Source: Eledone cirrhosa
Lineage: Eukaryota
Reading direction: 5' to 3'
DNA: 64,000 nucleotides
Assembly: GCA_964016885.1 (NCBI GenBank)
Contig: CAXHJY010000608.1
Location: 1 to 64,000, forward strand
This document shows, piece after piece, positions 60,315-64,000 of this stretch. The notes beneath the pieces were generated by a model. It was not told where the DNA came from. It saw only the letters and a program-made list of their open reading frames with translations, and searched no databases. The translations under genes and the position numbers were made by a program. The stretch's first letter is position 1, and the number at the start of each line of letters is the position of its first letter.

Positions 60315-60660
60315 ATGCATATACAAAGTCATTTCCGTGGACATCGACACACGCTGCAACAGCCAACTCTCGTGGAGCTCCTTCTTCAGACAGGCTGCTA
60401 CTGATCCAAATTTACAGTCCAGGATTCGAGATATTGATGGTGACCCGTGCAAAGAGGAAGCGGCCGAGGCTTTGGGCTCATCCGATGTGAATTCACTCAC
60501 CATCAGGAAGTGTACCAGTTGATGAGGAGGGTACCGAATTGAACCACACACCGCTGTTTGGATGTGAGGCGGAAAGGAAACAGGCGAGGTGGTGTTGGTC
60601 CAAGCCAGACTCGATCCACCTGAAAGTAGACCTGCACTTGATTTCGTCCCACTGCTGAAA
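60315..60660 (-). mobile_element. CRE-like non-LTR retrotransposon remnant, internally deleted
   Basis: QQWD...LACFLSASHPNSGVWFNSVPSSSTGTLPDGE*IHIG*AQSLG resembles SGAWL.A.P....G..LD....RI....RLG; WLLQRVSM/VHGN resembles QRLS.AVQRGN. Confidence 0.6.
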
Positions 60661-60975
60661 ACGAATGAAATAACACGGACCTCACTGCACGTATTCTGCA
60701 CGAGCAGTCTGAAATCAGAATATATAACAACACACGCAACACATATCAAACACAATAACAAACTAACAAATTAACACAACATATATGTTCTTCACAACAC
60801 ATAGAGGATCTCCTCAAATAACACCGGAAACAAAAGCAATACACTTGTAAGATACAAACAAAATTATATATCCACAAATTATAACAGTGCACTCAACTCA
60901 AGTGCATGTTAGTGCAACTGGTAGTGCAGTAAAAGGTCGTACAGAACTATTAAAATTATCATAGTAATGTAAATA

Positions 60976-61082
60976 TTTGTTTCTACTATTGGCACAAGGT
61001 CAGTAATTATTACAGTGCAATACTTGTACTTTATTTTATCGACCCCTGTAAGGATGAAAGGCAAAGTTAACCTCGGCGGGAT
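60976..61082 (-). mobile_element. Deu/Nin-like SINE 3' half
   Basis: Central domain and tail. Confidence 0.82.
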
Positions 61083-61454
61083 AATAGGAAAAGAAAGAAG
61101 CTGATTGTTACATTGAACCAAGGAAATATATTTCCTTTAATCTTTCTATTGTTATTATTATCTGCTAGTCGAATCTCCTAGCAGAAGGAAACGGAATTTG
61201 AACTAACTTCGCACAGATCCTGAACTGTTATCACCAAGAGTCCGCCCGACTCTTTAAACAATTCCATCAATCCACCATCACTGGAATGGGACTTTACTTA
61301 TAGGCCGCTAAAAGCAGAGTTTACATCAGCGAGATTTGTACACAGAGTGCCAGAAGAATCACTGATAGATTCGAATGCTCTAGTGGCTGAATTCGCCACA
61401 ACTATCACATACATTCATTAACATTTTTTTATATTATCAATATCATTATGAACA

Positions 61455-61655
61455 GTGTCGGTAGAGCGTAGACAACATGCTTTATGACATATTGTTACAT
61501 CTGTTTGCGATCTGAGTTCAAATCTCGCCCAGATTAACTTTGCTTCTCATCCTTATGGAATCAATAAAATAAAGTATCAGTAATGCACAGTGGTCGAATT
61601 AATCAACTTTCCCCCTCCAAATTGCTGACCTTGGGCCATATGTAGAAACAAATAT
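61455..61655 (+). mobile_element. Older Deu/Nin-like SINE close to the exon donor
   Basis: GAGTTCAAATC box, central domain and subfamily-B-like tail. Confidence 0.72.
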
Positions 61656-61710
61656 TACAAAAAGAAATACACCACCAGGATAATGATATGTAAATTCCAA
61701 AAAAATATAA

Positions 61711-63770
<2,060 letters not shown>

Positions 63771-64000
63771 TCAGCATAACTATGAGAAAGTCGGCTGTAG
63801 AAACCTGCAGACAATCCTCTCCCGCTTACACTCCTCAATTCCGATACAAAGGCAGAGGAAATGCTTGGAAATATTTTCGTGGCAATTAAAAAATAATGTT
63901 AGCATTAGTAATAATAAATCTTGGTGTTCATACAAGTAGTCCATTATGGTACGAGAATGCTCGACTCGTAGTGCAAAAAATAAAACCCGAGTTAATGTTG

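Noticed and set aside
60122-60761. Overlapping ORFs near the HS3ST exon as a possible exon 2
   Set aside because: No sulfotransferase motifs; the stop-containing minus frames match retrotransposon remnants.

Overview
AT-rich, microsatellite-saturated animal DNA. The SINE families and (TA)n load suggest a cephalopod (octopus-like) genome; this is an inference. The only host coding sequence is the large first coding exon (63740-61717, minus strand) of a heparan sulfate 3-O-sulfotransferase of the HS3ST2/3/4/6 (Hs3st-B) type. It ends at the conserved WYR splice donor, so the other ~61.7 kb is most likely its intron; no further exon was found. The intron holds tRNA-derived SINEs (Deu/Nin-like and CORE-like), LINE remnants (RTE, CR1, Tx1/L1, CRE, R4-like), a non-autonomous Helitron and a TIR element. 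Main results of the hunt: (1) many sequence-unrelated type I hammerhead ribozyme motifs in short elements inserted in (TA)n. These include a direct-repeat-bounded retrozyme-like unit, an inverted ribozyme pair, and a 4-copy fold-back family that keeps only half a hammerhead. (2) A Tx1/L1-type LINE inserted three times head-to-tail in one (GATA)n array, implying GATA-repeat targeting. Nearly all listed ORFs are microsatellite artefacts. All folds and alignments were done by eye.
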